Part shown: piece by piece, positions 52,580 through 64,000 of the stretch
How positions within the stretch are numbered: the first letter of the stretch is position 1
Layout: each line of letters opens with the position of its first letter
Source of the DNA: Kudoa neothunni
Lineage: Eukaryota > Animalia > Cnidaria
Length of the DNA stretch: 64,000 nucleotides
NCBI GenBank assembly: GCA_964304625.1
Contig: OZ199839.1
Span: 11,884,479 to 11,948,478, forward strand
Direction of reading: 5' to 3'
The notes under the pieces: model-generated
Database searches by the model: none
What the model saw: the letters and a program-made list of their open reading frames with translations, nothing else
Told to the model about the DNA's origin: nothing
Translations under genes and position numbers: made by a program

Positions 52580-55500
52580 CTAAACAAACATTAATTATCG
52601 ATTATTTATAAAAATGGGTTATTCCTCTGTAGAGGCGTTTTTCTCCAATGATTATTCGTTGTTTTTCCTTTGAAGTCTCCATATTCTTAGTTAATCCTCC
52701 CGGGACGGTGGGGGTTTTCTCGGACTCCTATTTCAGGTTATTCGGAATTTTTCTCTATAAATGAAGGTTAAACGACGTTTAAGAGCTCAGCTAACCTTTA
52801 AGTGTAAAGTTTCTAATTAAATTATAGTATTTATTAAAATTTTTAATACTCACAGTTTTTGGAAAATGTGTTTTTAGTAGGGTGCAAAATAAATATTTTT
52901 TAGAATCCCTCCAACTGAATCAGGTTTAAAGAATATTTGTGAATATGCTCAAATAGATTTAATAGATTATATTAAATATATAGTATATCTCCAAATTTTT
53001 TGTGGGTTTTAAATGTCTCCGAGTGTTCACGGGACCTAAGAGGATCAATGTTAATATTAAATAATTTTGCTTGATAATAACACAGGAAGTATTTATGTTA
53101 TAATAATTTAGTATTCAAATTTAAACAATGATAACAACAACAGTTCACAACAGGCGCTGAATACATTTTTGGGATTACCGAGTCTTCCCCGACATACGGA
53201 CACTCAGAAAGACTGATGACTGATACTTGTATAAACTCATCTATAAATAGTTTAAGGATTTTTTCATCCCATTTCAGACTTAATGTTTAATTGAAAAAAA
53301 AATTTACGTTTACATTGAATTTTAAGTGGTTAAATAAGATATTTATAAACTTTTATTTTCCATTAATTTCGTTGCATTGTACAATCAATTTATCATAATA
53401 GAGAACTTTTGGAGTACCGCGGGGCCTCGCACCGGAACGCGTGTAATTTTTTCGGGAATTAACTTATTTTACTTAATAAATAGTAATAATTGCTTATAAA
53501 TCAAGTCTACAATCCTTTAAGTAGAAATTCCATTGACTGCAAGCGCATTTCATTGTCTATGTTCGGCTAACCCAGGGGTCACAAACTTCAAGGTCGAGGA
53601 AAACATTAATTTTATGTACAACAAAAAGTAGAATCGTATCTTTTAAAGTTTTTAACCTTCTTCTGATTCAATCATTACATCTTCAGATATTAAATTTAAA
53701 TTTATCGTCGTATGATTGTGTTGTTTTGACGCGAACACTCATTCATAATTCAAAATATTTTTTGAAATAACGTTTAAATTTTCAAATAATTTTCGAAAAT
53801 GTTTAAACCCCGCATGACAGTGGTTCTGGCACCCCTTAGGGCGTCAACTATGGGCTTGGGGATGCGAGATTCCATCATAATATAAAATAATTATTGGTAA
53901 CTTTTGATTCGGCTACACCTTATCGTATACAAGCGGGTGCGAACCTTGTTTTGTCATCAAATGTGGATGCGAGTCCAATTTTAGTTGCGAAGCGATTCTG
54001 CATGATATAATCTGAATGGAATACATAACAAAATTGTGTTGACTCACTTGAAGACTATCAATGCATTATTTTAGTGGATGAATCTTAATTAAAAATACTC
54101 AATTAATTCCTTGAACGATTTTATTTTATCTTAATTGAAATAAAAGAGATTATCGACGGATTAATGTAACAAGATTCTGAATGTGAAACGTACGAATCGA
54201 TAACAAACATGTTTTAAGGTTTATTTGCTTCCTATGCTTCAAATAATTTAAAATTCTTAATTATTTAAACATATAAATTAAATTGATTAGCTCTAATTTT
54301 TAATCTGGTTGAGTTTAATTGATTTGATACCAGAAATTTAAAATAATGAAGCAATAACCACTTTTCCTCGGATATTTACTTGAATCATATACATTATTAT
54401 ACAAAATTATACAATCATCTGTAATTGATGGTGAGTAAATAAATAATAAAAAATTTAAATATACCAAATCCTGTCGCAGGAATCAGTTTCTTGTTTCACA
54501 TTCAAATACAAATAAATTCATTATTTGTTTATATTAATGTTATTTTCGTTTCATTTTTATGACTGCTTTTCGAAAAAACATTGTTTACCCCTGGTTAACC
54601 GGAACTTCATTGTCCGGAAAGAAAATTGCCCGTCCAAAATTTTCCGAATAATCTAGGTTCGACTGTGTATATATACAATAAAACATATATAAGGTTTATT
54701 CACCACACATGAATGATAGAGTAATTGCTACAAGGGTTCATGTAATGATTTGGATGAATATTGTGAGAAATTGTTTCCATATGGTAGAGTTATTTATATA
54801 AATTTAAAGTTAAAGTTAACAATATAATTAGCTGAAGTTAGTCGAAAACTTGATGATTACGTGAAAAATGTTATTATAATTTAAGATCGCAATATTATTT
54901 AGTATCGTAAATAACATTAATATTTTCATAAATATTAGTATGATTGAACACCAATTCACCGGCGAGATAAATTGCCAAATTTTTAAGCGCGACTTAGGAA
55001 AAATAATCGTTATGTATAGATTGCATAGTTTTATTTCATTGATAAAATATTAACTAGAGGTGAAGTTTTGTTTAAATGGTTATTTTTTCTTAGTATGTAA
55101 CTTTTAAGAAATTAATAATTAATGTTAAACCGACAGATTAATCGAATGTTCATTACATTGAACAATATAAGCGAATGGGTTATTGTTAATAATACGTTTT
55201 ATAATAATTTTGTGGCTTATACGCTCTCCAGTTACTAAAAATATTAGCTTAAATAAACAATTTCAAATCCAATTAATAACTCCATTCATTTTAATAGAGA
55301 TAGAAGGTGCCTCTTAATTTGGTGTGAAGTGTCATCTGTAGTTCCAATAACAAGCTATGAAAAAATTCTACCAATAGGTGACGGAACATTCATAACATGC
55401 CGGTATGAATAACTCAAATATTTCTATTAATACGAGTCTCCAGCACTTTGCATGGATCTTTGGGTGTTGCTCCTAATGGGCACGCCTGTGATGAGTCAAT

Positions 55501-55799
55501 GGTAATAAATGGAATCAATAAATATTTTTAAAACTATAATTTTTTCAATTAGGTTTGTGATGGGGGATATTGTGTTCCTCATGTTTAATCTACGGTTATA
55601 ATGGATTAAAGAATATTTCATACCAATATAGCATTATTCTATTACATTTATTAACTATTATATATTTGAAATATGTTTTATCAGTATACATGTTCCATTT
55701 TTTATAATTTTGATTCACATGGTTACAGCTGAATGAAATCAAAAACAACGAAAATATTTTTTTCATTAATTTCAAATAATATCAGAACTTAGACGCCTA

Positions 55800-56700
55800 G
55801 TAAAATATATTTCATTGATTGTATCCATAATGGCAGTATGCTATTCATTTCTGTTTTGCAAAAGTTTGTTTTCAACAATAAATTTTATTTAAATAAAAAA
55901 TCATGCAGTTTGATTAAAAAATGGGAATAAGGTGGCGAAACTACACCGTGCCTGGATTATTTATTTTATTAACAATAATATCAGTCTTATGGAATCCTAT
56001 GTTGTCCATGATAATCAAAACATTTGGAACTCTTTTAGCATTAAAAACTTTAAAACATGAATGATATTCTGAAAAAACATTTTGATTCAGTGCCTCCCTC
56101 CTCGAAATCTTAAAAATCCTCACGTTATTACAATTGATAGCAGCGATAAGTATATTTGTTGATCTTATAGAGCAGTGTTTCGAACCTTTTTTAGCCGTGA
56201 CCCACGTTAATATCGGAAATGTTTAATCGAATTTAACGTTAACAATTTTTATTTTTTAACTTAAAAATTTTAGTTAGCATTAATTTTACGTGTACTTTTC
56301 AACCTTGAATATTGTTTTTTTAAACTAGTATTATTAAACTGCCATGTTAGTTTTGTGTGGACTTATCACTCTTGCTTTTTAATAATCACCACTGGTTCAT
56401 TATATTTAAACTAATGTTTTAAATATAATATTTCATTTTAATGATTATTTTTGGTTTTTTTGACCCAATGGTATCATCTATAAAGTTGCAAACTACTAGC
56501 AGTTAATAATTTTTCGCTTTAATATTCATTGCAACGAACACAATTTTTTATATATAATTTCTTTCTATTCAAAAAAGTATGAAAACAACTGTAGCACGTT
56601 TACTTGTAAATTCAATAAATTTAAAGGTATACCAAATTCATCCAAATATAACTCGCCATTACGGAAATATATCCTTACTTTTTAATACTTTGGCATCTAA
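55800..56700 (-). pseudogene. IS630/Tc1-like DDE transposase remnant, apparently interrupted by a hAT-like MITE from ~56172
   Basis: VLIIMDNIGFHKT followed by PPYSHF; CAGTGTTTCGAACCTTT hAT-like end. Confidence 0.6.
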
Positions 56701-57819
56701 AACAAAATTTATTCAGCTAAAGAATTTTTGACTTTTAATTTAAAAAAATTAATAATAAAAGATTGAATATATTACTACTATATGTTGATTAAATAGAAAA
56801 ATCAATATAAACAAATATAAATTATTAATGTAATTCTAATTTTTTTTAACAACTTTAATAAAGAAATCATAATTTTTAAAATATTCAACCTAAATATAAG
56901 AAAATTAATCATTTAATTCAGGAATAAAATCAAATATAATATCCACACCAGGGTTATATATAGCGGAAGTTAGAAAATTTACGTTTTCATTAAAATTATT
57001 AAATGAGACAAACACTATTACTTCTCTAAATTTATTATTTTCCATCAGCTGCCATGACGATTTAATTTTCTTAATTAAATACGTTATGCAAAATCAAAAG
57101 TATGTTTATAACATGGGGATAAAAATTTATATGCGATTCCATGTTATATAAAATTAATCGTTAACAACTTTTCTTTATTAAAAATCATACATTTTTTTAC
57201 TTTATTAGATTTTTATGCCATAATAAAATGTCTTTTCGATTGAATATTTTATTAATTAAATTTATTTCTATATTAATTTTCTGTTTTGTTAAATAAACTA
57301 TTTAACAAAATTTATTTCGTCGATTATAGGTATTACGACCGGCATATAAGGATAGTAAAAAAATATAATTAGGATATGCAGATTACATTTTCATGCGATA
57401 TTTACAAACACATTTTTGTGTATAATAAAAATCTTTGGTTTCTTACGAATTAATAATTTTATTAAATAAAATTCTTTCTGCGTGAGAATTCCGGACGAAT
57501 AATGCTTTCAATGTCTAGATTTGGGTTGTTAAATCGGCGAGTAAACTGAAGTATTAGAAAACAACTTCAAATTTAATAGCTAATTTAAATATAAAGATTA
57601 TTTTTTAAACATACTCGTGTCACTTATATATCTTGTGAATAATCTTATCAAGTATTAAATGATTAAAAATAGAAAAAACTATTAATTCAAACTGCCGTGT
57701 CATGAAATTAAAAAAGTTTTGACACATGAATAGTTACGTTTCTAAAATTTAATGGATAGATAAATTAACTCTCAACTGTAACAGATTTTCAAGTTAAAGA
57801 ATTTTTCGTTGGCCGCAAA

Positions 57820-57873
57820 AACAAACGAACGAACGAAAGAGTGAGTGAGTGAATGAATGAATGAATGAATGAG
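57820..57873. repeat. Compound tetranucleotide microsatellite (ACGA)n(GAGT)n(GAAT)n
   Basis: Directly visible. Confidence 0.8.
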
Positions 57874-59486
57874 TATTGACTGATCGGAACACGTGCTGAT
57901 CATTTCAGCTCGCATGATGATTCAAGTTTTTACCGTTTTTCACTGTGATATTGTTCTGTGCCATTCATAAAGCAATAATATGTAGTTTAATTCAATATAA
58001 TATTTTTATTAAATCAATCTAAATCGAGCCCAAAAGTTAAAATAACATTTTCTATCTGTGTCCTTGTCTGCGCACAATCATAACATATATTCACTAAAAT
58101 TTCATCTAAATTTATAAAAAAGCATTATATACTAGATTTTACAACAAAATAATAGGAAGGTGGGCGCGCGAATCTAATGTTTGGCCGTTGAGGATTAATG
58201 TAAACTTCCTATTTTTGATCCTTTGACAATGAAATCATCTGTATAAGAAACGTCGGATCCCGATATTTTACAAATAGAATCATCATAGGACTTTGAAATA
58301 AGATTAATTTGTATAAGCTATTCGTATCGTTGTATGTATTTTTCGAGGTTATATTGCATAAGTAAAAAGTAAATATCATATTTAGAGAATAAATTACTAC
58401 AAAGAATTAAGAAAGTTACATCTCACTAATACAGAAAGAATGTTAATCCGTTTATTTAAGGATTTGACCTTCAAAAAATCGAGGGTATAGGGATTATCCT
58501 CTATTTCGAAGAGATTAAGTCAATGTATTAACAAGATTGCGTGATTCGTTCACAGTGTATTTTTGTAATTAATGTTAGGCGAAATTTTCTTATCAAATTA
58601 AGCAGTGCTTTATTTTTTGGAATAAACTATTTTATTTCTAATAAAATATCAGCTAAACTACAATACTACAGTATCTGTGTACGAACTTCGGGCGGTGTCG
58701 CACACTAAATCGGAAATAAAGTCGTTTTCTACAATTCGTCCTGTTAATTCACTTCTTTTTCAAAAGTATTTTCATTTTTGTTCTTACCTCAAAAAATTAC
58801 ATCATGTAGTTAAATTAGGCTCAAAGAGAAGTAACCTATAAACTAGACATAAATATTAAGTCAAGCAGATTTGGATTCACGTGGAATCTCTATGTTGTTG
58901 ATAAATGCATCGAAAAAATTATTATTTCTCTATAATTTAACAATTTCGAAGTCATTAATTGTTCACTAAATTCTTTTTTATTTGTATCTTTTAGTGATAA
59001 GTTTGTAGATGTGCGATCACGTGACATCGTACTTTCAAAACAGAACTTTCTGATTTATTCTATTAATAATTAAAACGGCGATGATTCAATTTAACTATGA
59101 CGTAAATTAATGTGATTTTTAGTTTATAAATTTTTCAGCATAGTTTGATCATGATAAAAAAAATGTTATAACAATATTGGTTCCAAAATTCAAACATGAA
59201 AATTTTTAATTTATTTGATTAAGTTTACTTTCTATTTATTCACATTAAATATCTAAAAACAAAAATAATCAATAATTAATTTTTAATTAAAATTAACTTT
59301 AAAGTAGAGAAATCGTCGTAATTAAAAAATATACGATTTTTAGTATTAATAAGTTAAATCAATTATGGATATTAACAAGTTCTAAGCATTTTTGTACTAT
59401 TTATCTTAACTATATACACACGGTGTAAAAACTCAAAATAAATGTTTATTAGTTGATTTTTTAATATGTAATGAAATATTAAGTCA

Positions 59487-60818
59487 TCTGTCCTCGTATA
59501 TATATAAAGTAGTAGTGTTCGTGTGCGCACTAATCGTCTCCTCATACAGAGACTTTTTGAACTATTCGAGTTTCTTAGTATACTTTAAAAAATCCAAAAC
59601 TAACTACAAAAATGCAACAGGGTTATCTGATTGTCTATGAAGTGGTGAATTTGTAGTGTAAACAGATTAACGCTGGTAATAATAAGATTACTTTATCGTA
59701 TGATTCGCTATAATGTTCAATAATATGCGTATATAACTTTAATTTCTATTATTTAAAAAACAAATGTAACTTAACTCCTTTTGCACTTTTAACTAAGTTA
59801 ACAAGTTCTACAACATTCTTTCTTGCGTAGGCGAGGACTCGGGGTAAACGAAGATTTGTTGTTTATATAGGAGATTAATACGCGTGAATAAATTATTTAC
59901 TTTGAACGTTTATTAAAGATAAAAGTTTTAAATCAACATAAAATGATATTATCACGTTATAATGAAATGGAACATTGTTAAAAACCTTTTAGATTAGTTA
60001 GTTTATCGACTGGCTAGTTAAAGTGATTAATACGCAACTCGAGTTGTAAAAACTTATGATTTCTAAATGAAAATAAAGTCCAATCAAGAAGAAGGTGAAA
60101 ATGATCGGGTTATTGCTGTTAATGTTCAAAGTCAATTATAATTATTTTATCGTTCTTTCAACGGCAGTGTTTTCGATAGAATTATTGATATCTCATTCCT
60201 CTTCACTTTCTTCTTTATTGGACTTTAGTTTTGTGATAATTAATGGCGATGCCGCTAATCTCTGATGAGAAATTAGGAGGCGGCTGATTCAGGCGTCGAA
60301 ACGAACCTTATATTAACTAGATAATCTATTATACTGTTGGTGTACTATTGCGTGATATTTTGTACGATGAAACTTAATGCAAGAATGCAGCAATTTTCAT
60401 TTAGGAATCATAAGTTCTTGCAACTCGTGTGGCTTATTAATCTCCCGTTTAAATAACAAATCTTCGTTAACGACGCTTTCACGGCCTACGCATCAACGAA
60501 TGTTTTAGAACTTGTTAACTTAGTTAAAAGTGCAAAAAGAGTTAAGTTACATTTGTTTTTTTAAATAATAAAAATTAAAGTTATATACGCTTATTATTGA
60601 ACATTATAGCGAATCACATGATAAAGTAATCTTATTATTACCAGCGTTAATCTGTTTACACTACAAATTCACCACTTCATAGACAATCAGATAACCCTGT
60701 TGCATTTTTGTAGTTAGTTTTGGATTTTTTAAAATATACTAAGAAACTCAAATAGTTTAAAAAGTCTCTGTATGAGGAGACGATTAGTGCATACACATTA
60801 CTACTTTATATATATAGA
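59487..60818. repeat. Foldback made of two inverted 5' portions of Helitron family B
   Basis: 59497-59820 is nearly identical to the reverse complement of 60497-60816; weaker inverted similarity continues inward to ~60105/60195; arms are homologous to 50050-50650. Confidence 0.85.
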
Positions 60819-62430
60819 TATCGCCCATGTATACGAAATAGAACTTATTTATAATTGGATGTAGTATCCGGTTCATCATAGCCTGGAATGTGGGTGGCGC
60901 ATTGCACAACCCGGATGGCATTCTATTGGATCAGAATAAACCGAACGGTGTAATGAATGCTATCTTCCATCTTGATGTTTTTTTACTTCAATCCGATGGG
61001 ATCCTGAAGATAGGTCGAATTTCGAGAATATTGTGGAGCCTCCCAGTCTATCAAAATCTTCATCTATTCTAGGTAATGGATAACTATTTTTGATTGTTAT
61101 ATTGTTCAGTCTTCTGTAGTCGATGCAAAGTCTATATTCTACTGTTTTCTCATTGACTAAGATAACGTTGGATGCCCAAGGGTTCTCCGATGGTTCTAAT
61201 ATTCCCTTGGACAACATTTTATGCATTTAGTTTTCAATTTTGTGTTGAGTTCCAGTTGCTTTCTTCAACGGGCCAATTTTGTCGTACATCAAATCTGAGA
61301 ATTCTTCCAGAATATTCCTTATTGTGACCACAGATGGTTTATTTGTTATCGTCGTGAGAAGAACATTTGACAAACGTTCGCTGGTTCTAATTCCTTCGCT
61401 TCCAGTATCAATAATAATTCCAAATTTTGTTAGTAGGTCCAATCCGATTATTAATTCACGACAGACGTTTTCGCCCACCAAAAGGCTGGTTATCTTTGAG
61501 ATTTTTGGGACGCACTTTGGAATTGTTCTAGCAACGTCAATTGCGATAAATGATCTACCTGATCCCGTATCGACAAGACCTGTAACCTCAATGTCGTTTA
61601 ACTTGAGGCGAATGGTTAATGAATTGTTGCGGTCGAAAAGGTAACCACAAACATAGGAACGTCTGCTAAATTCTGAAATGATGAACATGTTATTTTTAAA
61701 CCGTTAGGAGAATCTTTTCGCGAAATGTCCAGGTTTTCCACACAGGTAGCATACATTTCTACATGGAGTACGGCGTTTGGATGGGTTGTTTGGTCCACTG
61801 GACATGACTCTCTTTAACTCTTCATATTTTTTTGAAGCTCCTCTACCTTTTCTCTCAGCTCACTAACATTGGAGTCATCGCAACTATGAATTTTCGCCTT
61901 GTTGAGCTCTGCCATTCCAGCCAGGATCCAAAAGGTGTTTTTGTACTCCAGCTCTATCCAACTTTTGGGCTACCAGTAGGGCATTTTCGATATCATTCAT
62001 CTTTGTGATCAGTAGGTGGTTTCAAATTTAGATGTGGATAGCCTTGACAAATTGGTTGCATAAGATTCTTCGCAATAAGTCCTCCGTTGAACCTTCAAAA
62101 ACCAACTTACTCCGACTTGTAAACCTATCGCAGAATGATTTATGTCTTCTCCATCGTTCTGGAACATTCTAGTTGTAACAGATAGGAAAGATTTATTGCA
62201 ACCATAATAATCAATCATTTTTACCTTGAAGTCGTCGAAATCGCTATAATCGTTTATCCCATTGCTAATCATCCTTCCGTATATCACATCAGACAGCATG
62301 AGCAAGGAAGTATCTAACCCGATTCGACTTGTTCATTATTATCAATTTAAAGCATCATTCCACTCTTCCAACCATGTGAGCCACTTTCGAGGTTCGATTA
62401 TACAGCTCGATCCTAAATAACTCCCCAGTC
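60819..62430 (-). mobile_element. Ty3/Gypsy LTR retrotransposon remnant (gag, zinc knuckle, protease, 5' RT)
   Basis: CYLCGKPGHFAK, GLVDTGSG, ILEPSENPWASNVILV..YRLCIDYRRLN..YPLPRID, PFG; truncated at VYMGD; frameshifted; LTRs not resolved. Confidence 0.9.
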
Positions 62431-62759
62431 GCGGGAGTCACAACTATGCACACAACAAATCACTCGATAAATATGGCAACATTTACTAATCCGCGTAATG
62501 ATTATTTATGCTCATCGAGAAATATCAAGTAACATCGAGATGACGTCATCGCTTCGCAATTTCTATCATTCATGCTGATGATCTTCCTCGGGCCTAACAT
62601 AAAGATATTCTCATTCGTCTGGCAGAGTATAAACTCCTCAGACGAATCGTTATCAATTTCAGATCTCACACGATTGGATCTAAAATGTTACCTTTCAAGG
62701 GGAAGCATCAAGTGTTCCTACTAAAATAGTCTTAGAGTGGTAACAAAAGCTTGTCACTA

Positions 62760-63305
62760 TTCTTGAAATATGGTCACCAGAAGATATTTTTAATATTGAT
62801 GCGACTAGTCTTTTTTCCAACAATACAAAGGTTTATACTAATTAAATGACCTGTTGAAATTTTATTTGTAGATAACGATTATACAACCGGAATGGAAAGC
62901 GATGTTAGGGGAACAAAGCAATTAAAGAACCGGGTAATTGTAACTGTTCTTCTTGGATGTTCAATGACTGGCGAAAAACTCCCTCCATTTATTAATGGAA
63001 AATGTGAAAAGCCAAGATGTTTTAAAGGTGTAAGTACATATCCATTGCTCTACGAGTCGAATAAAAATTCTTGGATGACTTGGGAATTATTTATAAAATA
63101 TATGAATCACCTTTATAATTCTCATGTCTTATCGAAATAAAAAAATTATTCTTTTTCTTGACAATTTCCCAGCGCACCCTATATAAACTTACAAATATCA
63201 ACCAATTTTTGAAGTTTGGAAAAGAAATACATAAAATTATCGAAAAGTCTATAGAGAAAAAAGACTGTCTGATTATTTTCAATTACGATGAATTTTCTAA
63301 CGTAA
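62760..63305 (+). pseudogene. pogo/Tigger transposase fragment with an intron
   Basis: NIDATSLF, RVIVTVLLGCSMTGEKLPP, KPRCFK, YESNKNSWMT, LDNFPAHP; GT-AG intron 62831-62871. Confidence 0.85.
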
Positions 63306-63309
63306 TCTA

Positions 63310-63600
63310 TCCACTATATATATCAAATTTAAATGTCCGTGTGTGTGTCAATGTGTACGCATTTTTCATTCTTTATAGAGAGACATATCGCTCCATTGAG
63401 CACGCATATGGAAAGACAAAATTTTATTTTAACAGAAAAATACGTAAAAAATTATCACGTGACATAAGTGGGTAGTCTTTGTATTATTTTATCTAAAATA
63501 CTCTGAATTTACTTCGAACTTCAAATGATCTTGGCCTACTCAAGGCTTTAGTCTGCGCGCCCAGGCAAGGAAACCATGCGGAAGGGGGCTTTTGCACTAG
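63310..63600 (+). mobile_element. Short non-autonomous Helitron
   Basis: A|TCCACTATATATATCAAA 5' end, GC-rich subterminal segment, CTAG|T. Confidence 0.6.
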
Positions 63601-64000
63601 TTGTATATAAATTTAATATGTAAATTTAGGTGTTCGTGCAGATACACTCTCTATATCGTAGTTTTAACGTACGTGACATGATAAGTATATTTAAAAGTTC
63701 TATTAATGCTTAAAAATACGAGAAAAAGACTATGTTTGCATCATTAATAACGAATTGGTTGAGCATGCCATAATAAAATAGATTAAAGTATTATAATACG
63801 AGCAATGGGGTCCTCGGATTTCATTGAAATCGTCCGCTATGTTGAACTTTCCAGGATTAAATTCAACGCAGATAGTTTTATTTTATTTCATTCAATTATT
63901 TAAATTGTGTATGAAGAAATTGAAGTGGATTTGTGGTTGTTTATGCGATAAAGTGTGTTTAGCTCTTGCCGAGTCAAGAGGTATTAATTTGAGCATAAAA
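63601..64000 (+). repeat. Internal fragment of Helitron family A (runs off the window)
   Basis: Aligns with 14480-14850 (GTGTTCGTGCAGATACACTCTCTAT; TCGTCCGCTATGTTGAACTTTC). Confidence 0.75.

Noticed and set aside
62420-62700. Gypsy primer-binding site and 5' LTR
   Set aside because: Only a weak PBS-like string and no second LTR for comparison
1-64000. CRISPR arrays, rRNA, tRNA or prokaryotic operons/defence systems
   Set aside because: No regularly spaced repeats or recognisable structural RNA; the DNA is intron-containing eukaryotic sequence and the IS-like proteins are eukaryotic Merlin/Tc1 elements

Overview
Very AT-rich eukaryotic (animal-like) genomic DNA, not prokaryotic. Host genes are split by GT-AG micro-introns of mostly ~31-45 nt, as expected for a compact-genome parasitic invertebrate such as a myxozoan, orthonectid or dicyemid (taxon is inference only). 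Four host genes can be reconstructed by hand, all encoding cell-surface proteins. (1) An ADAM-type metalloprotease/disintegrin (minus, ~9270-11847, probable TM exons at 7189-7411) with no prodomain and an HELGHLFGASD zinc motif. (2) A CD39/E-NTPDase-fold protein (plus, 18625-20472) with an intact reading frame but all five apyrase motifs degenerate. (3, 4) Two tandem paralogous membrane proteins (minus, ~29874-32692 and ~33362-38231) built from a shared Cys-rich head plus a variable number of 4-Cys fibronectin-III-like modules, each on its own phase-1/phase-1 exon; this is the best candidate for an undescribed system here. The rest is decayed transposons: piggyBac, Merlin/IS1595-like, pogo/Tigger (two copies with a same-position intron), Mutator-FLYWCH, IS630/Tc1, Gypsy, non-autonomous Helitrons (including a ~1.3 kb Helitron-derived foldback) and nested MITEs. 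No rRNA, tRNA or CRISPR array was recognised. All gene models were spliced by eye and need RNA-seq confirmation.
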